Shown here in pieces: positions 28,593 to 37,599 of a DNA stretch of 64,000 nt (position 1 is its first letter; each line of letters opens with the position of its first letter). The notes under the pieces were generated by a model. It saw nothing but the letters and a program-made list of their open reading frames with translations, did no database searches and was not told where the DNA came from. Source of the DNA: Patescibacteria group bacterium (GTDB lineage: Bacteria; Patescibacteriota; Minisyncoccia; 2-02-FULL-40-12; GWA2-44-9); contig JBBTSY010000009.1 of the NCBI GenBank assembly GCA_038064515.1, forward strand, positions 2,155 through 66,154, read 5' to 3'. Both the position numbers and the translations under genes were made by a program.

Positions 28593-29811
28593 AAAAATTT
28601 TCATTCTTACTGTGCTTTTATCGCTCGGCGCAGGATTTATTTCCGGTTATTCTTATACGCGCTACCAAGAAGGGAACACGCTTAAAACAAGTCTTCGAGA
28701 ACTCATCAATAAGGAATCGGGTCAGCCGGACAATGTTGATTTTTCTCTATTTTGGGATGTTTGGGACACACTCCAGGCAAAATATGTTAATAATGACACC
28801 ATTGAAACTCAAAAGCTCATCTACGGGGCGATCTCGGGTATGGTTAACAGTGTCGGCGATCCATATACCGTTTTCTTCGAACCATCCACAAGTAAAAAAT
28901 TCCAAGAAGAAATTTCCGGCGCTTTTAGCGGCGTGGGCATGGAAATCGGCAAACGAAATAATTTGCTCACGGTTATTTCTCCGATTAAAGACAGTCCCGC
29001 GTTTCGCGCAGGCATCAAGGCGGGAGATCGCATTCTAGAAATTAACACTAGGGTCACAACTGACATGACGGTAGAAGAAGCCGTAAATCTCATTCGCGGC
29101 AACAAGGGTACAAAAGTGAAAATGATGTTGTCACCAAGCAATAGCAATGAGACCCGGGAAGTTGAAATTATCCGAGATACCATTAAGATTCCCGCAGTCC
29201 AATGGACCCTCCGCGATGGTAATGTTGCTCACATCGAAATTTTTGTCTTTAATTCCAACGTTGATGGCGAATTCAAAAAAGCAGTTCAGGAAATTATTAA
29301 ATCAAAAGCTAATCGCATCGTACTCGATCTTCGCAACAATCCCGGAGGTCTCCTTGATTCAGCGGTAAATCTTGCCGGATACTTTCTGGATAAGGGCAGT
29401 GTCGTGACAATCGAGAATTTCGGCGACGGAACCAAGAACGAATTCAAGGCTTCCGGCAATGCCGAGTTGAAAAATTACCCGACTGTCGTCTTGATTAACG
29501 GCGGTTCGGCCTCGGCATCGGAAATCCTCGCCGGAGCGCTCCACGACAACCGCAGTATCAAACTTATTGGCGAAACGAGCTTCGGAAAAGGTTCAGTGCA
29601 GGAACTGGCGAAATATGTTGACGGATCTTCATTAAAGGTTACCATAGCCAAGTGGTTAACTCCTTCCGGTATCTCAATTTCGGAAAAGGGCATTAACGCA
29701 GATATAGAAATTAAATTTGATCCTAAAGAAGTCGAATCAGGCGCCATCATCCAAGGGGAGCAGGGAAAAGACCCGCAACTTGATAAAGCGCTTAAAGTCG
29801 TCAAACAGTAA
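28576..29811 (+). CDS. ctpA: S41 C-terminal processing protease with PDZ domain
   Basis: GDPYT, LDLRNNPGG, SASASEI, GKGSVQ, DPQL. Confidence 0.92.
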   Translation: MQPLTRKIFILTVLLSLGAGFISGYSYTRYQEGNTLKTSLRELINKESGQPDNVDFSLFWDVWDTLQAKYVNNDTIETQKLIYGAISGMVNSVGDPYTVFFEPSTSKKFQEEISGAFSGVGMEIGKRNNLLTVISPIKDSPAFRAGIKAGDRILEINTRVTTDMTVEEAVNLIRGNKGTKVKMMLSPSNSNETREVEIIRDTIKIPAVQWTLRDGNVAHIEIFVFNSNVDGEFKKAVQEIIKSKANRIVLDLRNNPGGLLDSAVNLAGYFLDKGSVVTIENFGDGTKNEFKASGNAELKNYPTVVLINGGSASASEILAGALHDNRSIKLIGETSFGKGSVQELAKYVDGSSLKVTIAKWLTPSGISISEKGINADIEIKFDPKEVESGAIIQGEQGKDPQLDKALKVVKQ

Positions 29812-29815
29812 TATT

Positions 29816-30262
29816 ATGCGCGTAATCTTATTACAAAATATCAAAGGAGTCGGACAAATTGGCGATGTAAAGGACGTAAATGACGGATATGGCCGCAATT
29901 TTCTTCTTGCCCGCAATCTCGCCAAGCCGGCCACTACTACGGCTTTGAAGCAGGCGGAGGAGCTTCGCTCAAAGCGCGAAGTAATCATGAAGGAGCAAAA
30001 AAACAAGGCTCGCGAAGTCGCTGATAGGATTAAGGATGTAACGCTTGAACTCAAGGAAAAAACCAACGAGAAGGGCAAACTATTTGCCGCCGTCGGTAAG
30101 AAAGAAATTTCTCACAAATTTAAGGAAAAGACCGGAGTTCATCTGGAAGATGATATGATTCAGCTCGATGAGCATATTAAGACTGTCGGCGAGCATACCG
30201 TTCAGCTTGAGCTGGCTCCGGAAGTTATTGTGCCGCTCAAAATAATCATTACCGAGGCATAG
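29816..30262 (+). CDS. rplI: 50S ribosomal protein L9
   Basis: MRVILL...GYGRNFL, GKLF, IKTVGEH. Confidence 0.95.
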   Translation: MRVILLQNIKGVGQIGDVKDVNDGYGRNFLLARNLAKPATTTALKQAEELRSKREVIMKEQKNKAREVADRIKDVTLELKEKTNEKGKLFAAVGKKEISHKFKEKTGVHLEDDMIQLDEHIKTVGEHTVQLELAPEVIVPLKIIITEA

Positions 30263-30269
30263 ATGAGCT

Positions 30270-30307
30270 CTATAAAACCCCTCCGCCATGGCGGAGGGGT
30301 TTTATAG
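30270..30307. terminator. bidirectional terminator, perfect 38-bp palindrome
   Basis: ctataaaacccctccgccatggcggaggggttttatag between convergent rplI and rpmA. Confidence 0.8.
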
Positions 30308-30317
30308 TCGATAAACG

Positions 30318-30593
30318 CTAGACGATGATATTTACTACTTTTACGACTCTTCGAGAACCGTCGTAATTCTTTTTTTTGGTCGTGGTGAATTTCACTTTAC
30401 CATCCATAACTGCATAGATAGTATAATCAGAACCCTGTCGGACGCCTTCGCCAGCTAGAAATTTACTTCCGCGCTGTCGGATGATAATATTGCCGGTTTT
30501 GGCAACTTGACCATCGTGGAGTTTCACGCCGAGATATTTTGGTTGTGAATCTCGTCCTAACTGTGTTGTACCTACGGCTTTTGTATGTGCCAT
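30318..30593 (-). CDS. rpmA: 50S ribosomal protein L27
   Basis: MAHTKA, GRDSQPKYLGVK, GNIIIRQRG. Confidence 0.97.
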   Translation of the reverse strand: MAHTKAVGTTQLGRDSQPKYLGVKLHDGQVAKTGNIIIRQRGSKFLAGEGVRQGSDYTIYAVMDGKVKFTTTKKKNYDGSRRVVKVVNIIV

Positions 30594-30662
30594 TCTACGT
30601 GGAAATCCTACAGGGCTAGTGTTACAATAACTACCGTAGAATCCAAATTAAAATACTCGGAT

Positions 30663-31052
30663 ATGATAGCAAGAATTACTGCTTTCGTCAAATCTTTCTG
30701 GCACGACATGTTTGTTCTTGGGTGCATCGTCCTCATCGCGATAATCAGTTACAATTTAGGCCGCATTAATGCGCTTGAGAAGTCCCCGCTAAAAGTAGGG
30801 GAGGGGGCTAATATTTATAACGCCGCCACCGCTCCTATCCAAGACTCTTCCGGAAATATCACGGCAAGAACTCCAGTACCCCAAATTCCGCGTGATTCTA
30901 GGGTGGTGGTCTCCAAGAGCTCGACATCGAAAAAATACCATTATAGCTGGTGCTCGGGAGTCAAGACGATCTTACCCGCCAATCAGATCTGGTTTGAAAA
31001 TGAGGCCACTGCCCAGAAAGCAGGCTACACTCTTGCCGGCAACTGCCAATAA
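30663..31052 (+). CDS. membrane protein with Ada metal-binding-like C-terminal domain
   Basis: TM then KKYHYSWC...NQIWF...AQKAGY...C; start at MIARI. Confidence 0.7.
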   Translation: MIARITAFVKSFWHDMFVLGCIVLIAIISYNLGRINALEKSPLKVGEGANIYNAATAPIQDSSGNITARTPVPQIPRDSRVVVSKSSTSKKYHYSWCSGVKTILPANQIWFENEATAQKAGYTLAGNCQ

Positions 31053-31079
31053 AAATAAGACGCTTCTATTCTGACGTAG

Positions 31080-31817
31080 TTATAAGAATCTTTTCAACCA
31101 GAAATCGTGTTCCCATTCCCAGAGAGATTTAGCCGCAAAAAAAGCTTTGATATTTGAATCATATCCAGCAAGCTCTTTAAATTCATATTCTCCTTTAATT
31201 GGCGCCCAGTTATGCTCGCAAGGGTAGCGATCATTTTTGATTTTTACGTTGCCACCCTTTTGACGCATCGTAGCTTTGCAACGAATGCATTTTTGATTCT
31301 GATCCAGACGCAGAACCCAAGAGGTGAGGGGAGGCATATTCGAATCTTCGCTTAATGCTTGCATGTACGCCGCAGTCTGTATGCCGTAATCGCGATATAT
31401 TGCTTGGGATGTCTTGATATCTAATACGCCAACCACGCCGTTTACCTCGGCAAGAATATCAATCGTGCCCGCATAACGATGTTTTCGGCTGATAATCCGT
31501 TCTTCGATTTTCAGCGGTATAACAAGATTACTCCCGTAGAAATCTAAAAACGCATCAATGCTCGGCTGGATTGCCAATGGAATATCAATTGGTTCCTTCT
31601 TTAGTATCGCCTCTACGGCATTATGAACGGCCGAACCTTCTTCGGCGGAGCGGTTCAGGATGGCTTCGCCAGCCTTAAAATTAGGCATACCGGCATAATA
31701 TGCATAGAGCGCAGGCTTTGATTTTATAGAGAGGATCGAAGTGACGCGGGGAAACCATTCTCCTTCGATATCATAACCGTTTTCATTTCGAAATTCTTTA
31801 GCAGTGCGATAGAACAT
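31080..31817 (-). CDS. PD-(D/E)XK nuclease-like protein
   Basis: PRVTSIL, GSAVH, YAGTID...LDIKTS, QTAAY. Confidence 0.8.
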   Translation of the reverse strand: MFYRTAKEFRNENGYDIEGEWFPRVTSILSIKSKPALYAYYAGMPNFKAGEAILNRSAEEGSAVHNAVEAILKKEPIDIPLAIQPSIDAFLDFYGSNLVIPLKIEERIISRKHRYAGTIDILAEVNGVVGVLDIKTSQAIYRDYGIQTAAYMQALSEDSNMPPLTSWVLRLDQNQKCIRCKATMRQKGGNVKIKNDRYPCEHNWAPIKGEYEFKELAGYDSNIKAFFAAKSLWEWEHDFWLKRFL

Positions 31818-31826
31818 TAAAGGCGG

Positions 31827-32498
31827 TTATTTAATATTAATGTATTTATTCCAGGCTTCGTAGAGTTTTTTGGTGGCGACCAGATCGCCAAAACAATATG
31901 TGGCAATCTTGAGATATTCCTTGTCATTAAAGAGCTGGGCCACTTCGTTGCCACTGATACCGTCAGATTTAGGGCTTTTAATGCCGAAGGCTTGGCACCA
32001 CATATGAAGGCTCATAGTTCGCCGCACAGCGCCGAAAAAGCCCAACCGATCATAGAGGTCAATATGTTCGTCGCCATATCGATAAGGCATGAGATTTTTA
32101 GTTGGCTTCACTTTCAGAATAGCTGAACGAACCATAATATACGGACAATCAAACGAGCGGCCGTTGAAGGTAACGAACTGATCGTAGTGCTGGATGATTT
32201 CCCAAAATTTTTCCAAAATTTCCTTCTCGGTAACCGGAAAATACTGGACTCCTTCCTCTTCAGATTGTTCTAGGTTTGCTTCGGGCGCTTGAAAATAAAC
32301 CGCACCCTTATCAGTGTCAGGATTTAAAATGCCAATCGCCACAATTTGGCCCGTAAGAGGGGAGAAGCTTAAATTGTTTTTTACTTCTTCGGCTTCCTCC
32401 GGACTGCGCGCGTTCTTTACGAGATACTCCTGCGAGATTTCATCAAGAGCATTAAAATCAACGCCCACGGTTTCAATATCAAAAATGAGTCGAGGCAT
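31827..32498 (-). CDS. RNase H-like 3'-5' exonuclease (PolB-exo/YprB-like)
   Basis: FDIET, TFNGRSFD, HIDL, YCFGD. Confidence 0.85.
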   Translation of the reverse strand: MPRLIFDIETVGVDFNALDEISQEYLVKNARSPEEAEEVKNNLSFSPLTGQIVAIGILNPDTDKGAVYFQAPEANLEQSEEEGVQYFPVTEKEILEKFWEIIQHYDQFVTFNGRSFDCPYIMVRSAILKVKPTKNLMPYRYGDEHIDLYDRLGFFGAVRRTMSLHMWCQAFGIKSPKSDGISGNEVAQLFNDKEYLKIATYCFGDLVATKKLYEAWNKYINIK

Positions 32499-32883
32499 GG
32501 GGATATTCTACATTTATAGAGACTGAATCACAAGTATCACCGATAGGGAGGTGTGCTTGGACTGATGACCAACTTAAGAGATAGAAAATAGAACCGCCGC
32601 CGCGCCTATCCGGTCTAAACCACAGGGAAGCGGACTTATTTTAAAAGAGTACTAGTCGCACAATGTAGATTATGCGACTATGTTACTTGCAAAAAGCTTT
32701 TAAAATTAGATTTTCAGACTTTCTATAAATAGCTGAAATAACTCTCTTCCCTCTTCATCACCATGACTGTAATTTTAGCTGTTACTAAATACTCACTTTA
32801 TTTAATGGGCCGTAATCACCTACGGGGTCACTTCTCCGAACCCCGCTCCCCTACAATTTTAAAAAAAATGATGTCGCAAAAAA

Positions 32884-34128
32884 TTAATCATTTTTTATGA
32901 AAATTTGAACCTCTTCTCGAAAGAGTCTCCATGCCTTTCTGAACGATAGGATAGAAATGAAGTATCGGAAATCGACAATTTCTCGAATAACCCACCCTAG
33001 AAGCCCCTTTACGCTAATTCCGGCCCATAGATGAGCTACAGCATACTTACCGCCTACTGGAGCGATCCAGAAGGCATAGAATGGTACATGCTCGCGCAAC
33101 TTTCTATTTTGCAGTGTTCGAAAAATATTGTTTGCCACGACTTGGCCATGCCGAACGGCTACATAAGCAAGCGCGGGCTCCGGTCGTTGAGTTTTATGAT
33201 CAATAAATTCAATACTGTCTCCGACGGCAAAAATATGATCATAGCGAGGCGTGTTAAGATGCTCGTCAACGATAATCTTGCCGTCAGCAGTCAGGTCGAG
33301 TCCCTGTATTGTTTTAATGAAATCAGTTGCCCGTATGCCGGCAGTCCACACTATAATATGACCCGTTAATGAGCGGCCGTCCTTTAATTTTACTAAATCC
33401 GATTTAATCTCTTCTATCGTCGCATTTATTTTAATTGCTACGCCAAGTTCCGTTAAGCGACGAGTAATGATAGCGCGTTCCCGATCACTGATTTGAGGTA
33501 AAATCTTTGGTCCTGCCTCTGCGAGTGTAATAATGCTGTGTCCCGAACCAATTTGATATTTCTTCTCGAGGTGCTTTACGGCACAGGCAAGTTCAGCGGC
33601 AAGTTCAACGCCGGCAAAGCCGCCGCCGCCAACAACAAACTTTAAGGGAAGATCATGATCACCGCGACTGGCTTTTTCAAAGAGCATCATTAACTGATGG
33701 TTTAGCATGAGCGCATCTTCGATTGTTTTAAATTGAAAAGCGTATTCCTTTACGCCGGGAATATTAAAATCGGCCGTCTGACTGCCTAAAGCAAGTATGA
33801 GATAATCAAATGAAAACGAGATGTCGCTCTTTGTCGTAAGTATCCTTTGCTCAAGCGAGATATGTACAACTTCCGCTTGTACAAACTGAATCCTCTTTCC
33901 TTCAAAAATATCTCCGTAAGGAATAGAGACTGTTTTGCGGAGATTCACCGAAAAACGATCCTTTGCAAGACCAAATGCCGAGGCGATTTCATAAAGAGCG
34001 GGTGCGAAAAAATGATAGCCATTACGATCGATAAGGGTAATCTCTGCCCTATCCCCTAGTTTTTTTTCCAAATCAAGAGCGGCTCGTACGCCGCCAAATC
34101 CCCCTCCGACGATGATGATCTTACTCAC
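32884..34128 (-). CDS. type II NADH dehydrogenase-like FAD/NAD oxidoreductase
   Basis: Two Rossmann motifs GGGFGG and GGGFAGVELA, IVWTAG, IFAVGD. Confidence 0.85.
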   Translation of the reverse strand: MSKIIIVGGGFGGVRAALDLEKKLGDRAEITLIDRNGYHFFAPALYEIASAFGLAKDRFSVNLRKTVSIPYGDIFEGKRIQFVQAEVVHISLEQRILTTKSDISFSFDYLILALGSQTADFNIPGVKEYAFQFKTIEDALMLNHQLMMLFEKASRGDHDLPLKFVVGGGGFAGVELAAELACAVKHLEKKYQIGSGHSIITLAEAGPKILPQISDRERAIITRRLTELGVAIKINATIEEIKSDLVKLKDGRSLTGHIIVWTAGIRATDFIKTIQGLDLTADGKIIVDEHLNTPRYDHIFAVGDSIEFIDHKTQRPEPALAYVAVRHGQVVANNIFRTLQNRKLREHVPFYAFWIAPVGGKYAVAHLWAGISVKGLLGWVIREIVDFRYFISILSFRKAWRLFREEVQIFIKND

Positions 34129-34150
34129 AGATAGTTTTTTAGAATCTATT

Positions 34151-35380
34151 TTAGAGATAGTCCGAAGGATTTAGCGAACCATCGAAATAATTAAAATAGA
34201 GCTGTCCCGCTTTAGTATAAGTAAAGAAGTCTTGATAGAGGCTAAGGTGAACATGTGAACCCGTAGAATTGCCTGTAGAGCCTTCATATCCAACGGCTTG
34301 TCCCTGGGTCACTTTTGTACCGACGCGAAGAGGCGCAAACGCGCTCATGTGGCCATAGACACTTACTAGTCCAAAACTGTCATGTTGAACGGCTACCCAG
34401 TTCCCGAACCCTGAATTGAAACCGTTAGCAATAATCTCTCCGGAGCCGATAACCTTAATCGGGGTTCCATAACCTCCGGCGATATCAATCCCATTATGCG
34501 GAGATCCCCCGTATGCTCCTCGTTTTGCATAGGTCGTCATACCGTAGCCCTGCGTCAAACGATAGGAGTCCTCCGGATATGTAAAGAGCTTTGTTCCTCG
34601 AGGAGGAACTCCCGTAGCTTTTACACGTATGATAAATAATCCGCCCGCAACAGCATCAGATTCCAGCTGTTGCATCTCGAGAAAAAGTTGACTGCGCTTT
34701 TTTTCTGCGGCAGTAAGCATTTTCTGATATTCTGCTTCTTGGCCCTTAGTCTGAGCTAGGATGGTGTCCTTTTGAGATTTTACCCCGGTTAAAGAGGAGC
34801 GCTTTGCGCTCTGTTCCTGATTCAGAGAAATAAGCTCCCCTTTCTTATCTTCTAGTCCAACTTTAGAAATCTCCAGCTGCTGCTTTTGATTGCGAAGATC
34901 GCCAATTAATTCCAGAAGTTTATCATTCACGTTTGCCAGTTGTTGAGCCTCGCTCAAAAACGTCGAAAGATTTTCATTCTTCATGAGTGTAGCCATTAAG
35001 TTCTCGTTATCGCGCTGATTCAAAAAAATAAGCAGTTCACCGACTGTCTCCCGCCGACGATCAATAGTCTGTTGAGTTTCAAAAATATTTCCCTCCATGT
35101 CGGTAATTTCTACTTTTGTTTTACTGATTTTTGTAGACGTCAAAATAATCTGCTGTTCCAGGCCCTGGATCTCTTTCTTGATAATCGCGATGTCTCGCTG
35201 AAGCGTTTGGGCTTTTGCGCGTTCTTCAGCGATACTTCCTTTGAATTGCTTAGCTTGCTCTTCAAGCACTTCAATTTGTTTAAGTAATTCAGCAATGCGT
35301 GCTTCGTTGGCGGCAAATGCTGGCACGACAAAATTAAAGGTAGCAATACTGATGAGCATGGTGCTAATAAATCGTTTCAT
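34151..35380 (-). CDS. coiled-coil M23 family peptidoglycan peptidase
   Basis: Signal-like MKRFISTMLISIA..., coiled coil, HNGID, YGHM, STGSHVH; the 48-aa extension to 35524 is the inserted element. Confidence 0.9.
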   Translation of the reverse strand: MKRFISTMLISIATFNFVVPAFAANEARIAELLKQIEVLEEQAKQFKGSIAEERAKAQTLQRDIAIIKKEIQGLEQQIILTSTKISKTKVEITDMEGNIFETQQTIDRRRETVGELLIFLNQRDNENLMATLMKNENLSTFLSEAQQLANVNDKLLELIGDLRNQKQQLEISKVGLEDKKGELISLNQEQSAKRSSLTGVKSQKDTILAQTKGQEAEYQKMLTAAEKKRSQLFLEMQQLESDAVAGGLFIIRVKATGVPPRGTKLFTYPEDSYRLTQGYGMTTYAKRGAYGGSPHNGIDIAGGYGTPIKVIGSGEIIANGFNSGFGNWVAVQHDSFGLVSVYGHMSAFAPLRVGTKVTQGQAVGYEGSTGNSTGSHVHLSLYQDFFTYTKAGQLYFNYFDGSLNPSDYL

Positions 35381-35524
35381 CCTCACACTCACTGACGAGA
35401 TATGGCTCGCTCCGCACAGCGTAGTGCTAGGGAGAAGCTTTTTCATATTCGACAGATAATTACTGCCATACTCAATATCATCGCCATTTCTAGGAACAAC
35501 TCGTCTGTGAGTGTGAGGATTCAT
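35376..35524 (-). mobile_element. ATGAA-flanked structured element, CCTCACACTC family copy 3
   Basis: 20/21-bp IR 35379-35399/35500-35520; ATGAA at both ends on minus strand. Confidence 0.8.
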
Positions 35525-36876
35525 GAAAGTTTATTGATTGCTGACCGTACGCGCGAAAGCACTTCTTCTTTATCTAACGCTGATATAATATCGACTGGAT
35601 CGGGCGACATTTTCTCTCCCGTCAGCGCAACACGAAGCGGCCAATACACCAGTCCCCTATTTCCTGCCTGGCCGGCTGAAAGTTTGTCCAATTCTTTACG
35701 CAATTCATCTTTGTTGTTTAATTCCAATTTTTCCAAAAGCGCGTGCGATGCTTCTAAAGATTTTTTAACGTCCTCGCGGGAAGAACTTTTCCATATCAAT
35801 AATTCTGCCTCGTACGAAGGCGCTTCCCAGAAATAGTGAAATGCATCCATATCGGTCAGTTTCTCAAGCCGTTCGGTCATGAGCGGGATTGCGGCTTTCA
35901 AAACGTTGTGTCCGATGAGCTTTTCGAAATCCGAGGGCGCAAGCTGGCGCACATACTGCGCATTAATCCAGTTCAGCTTCTGTATATTAAATATCGCTCC
36001 GCTCTTATGCACTTTTGCTAATTCAAATTCTTTTGCCATCTCTTCTTTGCTTAAAATATCCTTGCTGTACGTGTGGCCTAAAAAACCCATGAAGTTCACC
36101 AGTGCTTCGGGCAGATAATCTTTAGCGTAGTCCATAATATCAAGCGCGCCGTGGCGCTTTGAGAGTTTTGATTTGTCCGAACCTAAAATTAATGGCAGAT
36201 GTGCAAAGATGGGAGGCGTTTTTCCGAGTGCTTGATAAATAAGCATCTGCTTTGGCGTATTAGAAATATGATCTTCGCCCCGAATGACATGCGTTATCGC
36301 CATATCGATATCATCAATGACAACGGCAAAATTATATAGTGGAGTTTGTAAATCCTTAGCGAGACTCACATCGCTTATTACGCGCTGATTAAATTCAATC
36401 GTTCCTCGAATCGCATCATCAAAAGAAAGCTTCTTCTCCTCGGTCTGATCAACGACCAGCCGGATAATCTCGCCTGTTTCTTTCCCCTTCTCGCTGTTCT
36501 TGTGGTCGCACAGGTGGCGAGGCGCTTCTTTGCGCTCCATTTGGCCTTTCTTCTCCGCATCAAGCTCCTTGACCGTATGGTGGCACCAAAACGCCTTCCC
36601 GGATGCGAGAAGCTCTTTCAAATACTGCGTATACACAGTAAGACGCTGTGATTGACGAACAATTTCACCATCCCACTGAATGCCCAGCCATCGCAGGCTA
36701 TTAATAATGCTCTCTTCGTATTTTTTGTCAGAGCGTTCCAGGTCAGTGTCTTCAATCCGCAGGATGAGCTGACCGCCGTGCTTCTTGGCAAAAAGCCAAT
36801 TAAAAAGCGCCGTTCGTGCGTTACCAAAGTGTAAATTACCCGTAGGCGACGGTGCTATGCGAACTTTTACTGGCAT
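35521..36876 (-). CDS. gltX: glutamate--tRNA ligase
   Basis: RIAPSPTG, HFGN, RIEDTD, HVIRGEDH, KLSKR. Confidence 0.96.
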   Translation of the reverse strand: MPVKVRIAPSPTGNLHFGNARTALFNWLFAKKHGGQLILRIEDTDLERSDKKYEESIINSLRWLGIQWDGEIVRQSQRLTVYTQYLKELLASGKAFWCHHTVKELDAEKKGQMERKEAPRHLCDHKNSEKGKETGEIIRLVVDQTEEKKLSFDDAIRGTIEFNQRVISDVSLAKDLQTPLYNFAVVIDDIDMAITHVIRGEDHISNTPKQMLIYQALGKTPPIFAHLPLILGSDKSKLSKRHGALDIMDYAKDYLPEALVNFMGFLGHTYSKDILSKEEMAKEFELAKVHKSGAIFNIQKLNWINAQYVRQLAPSDFEKLIGHNVLKAAIPLMTERLEKLTDMDAFHYFWEAPSYEAELLIWKSSSREDVKKSLEASHALLEKLELNNKDELRKELDKLSAGQAGNRGLVYWPLRVALTGEKMSPDPVDIISALDKEEVLSRVRSAINKLS

Positions 36877-36926
36877 AATATGATTTTACCTTTTTTCCTG
36901 TCATTTTTCCAGCACTTCTGTGGATA

Positions 36927-36955
36927 TTGACATTCCTAGTAGTATATGCTACTAT
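36927..36955 (+). promoter_or_regulatory. sigma70-type promoter of cassette 5
   Basis: TTGACA-N17-TACTAT with extended -10 TG. Confidence 0.7.
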
Positions 36956-37012
36956 TAATCCGATAGTCGCAGCTCTTGTTGAGAAGAGGGCGACAGAAAT
37001 GAGGGTGAAGAG

Positions 37013-37351
37013 ATGAGTGAGATGACGAAGTTGCAGCAGGCGGCGAAGGCGGCGTTCATTAAGGAGATCGGTAAGCGGATCAAGTGGCTCGCGGAGGACT
37101 GCTGGCCGGAAAACCTTGAGTACAGTATCTCAAGGCTCAACCAGATCGTGGAAGCAGCGCGATCCTTCGAGGTCACCGCGCTTGAGTCGCTGACCGACGC
37201 CGAAACGACAGAGTTGATGGGGATCATCAGGCCCATGCGAGCACTGGAGATGAAGGTGGAGACCCGCGAGACCATCATCTCCCTGCTCGAGCGGAAGGGG
37301 CTGGAGAAGGAGGTCTTCCACCCGGTCATCGTCGACGAAACCCCCGCCTAG
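37013..37351 (+). CDS. orphan helical protein, GC-rich (cassette 5)
   Basis: 112-aa ORF, SD GAGGGTGA, AAG/GAG-biased codons. Confidence 0.75.
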   Translation: MSEMTKLQQAAKAAFIKEIGKRIKWLAEDCWPENLEYSISRLNQIVEAARSFEVTALESLTDAETTELMGIIRPMRALEMKVETRETIISLLERKGLEKEVFHPVIVDETPA

Positions 37352-37376
37352 AGCCGACCAACATCGGCGCCCGCTG

Positions 37377-37424
37377 ACCCCGCAGAGAACACCTGGTTTT
37401 ACACCATGTCCTCTGCGGGGTTTT
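37377..37424 (+). terminator. intrinsic terminator of cassette 5
   Basis: accccgcagag...ctctgcggggt plus ttt. Confidence 0.7.
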
Positions 37425-37472
37425 CAAATACCTATAATTCTGTAAGACTAGGAATTATCAATAACTAAGTGA

Positions 37473-37590
37473 GGGTATATCCTTGAAGGAGCCTCTCGGA
37501 GGCGCATGCGCATGGTTAAGAGCATGCGACGAGAGCGAGCGCGAATTCCTCGCTGGGGAATTCGACGCGTGCTCCTGAAAGGATATATCC
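37473..37590. repeat. multi-stem dispersed repeat, family B copy 1
   Basis: Closing IR gggtatatcctt/aaggatatatcc around core ctctcggag...cgagagcgagcgc...gacgcgt. Confidence 0.7.
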
Positions 37591-37599
37591 GAACATTAT

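Noticed and set aside
32500-32851. RNase P RNA or tmRNA assignment
   Set aside because: No GAGGAAAGUCC or tRNA-like ends found; kept only as an unidentified region
35381-35524. 48-aa N-terminal extension of the M23 peptidase as a real domain
   Set aside because: It is the translated repeat element; the signal-like peptide starts at 35380
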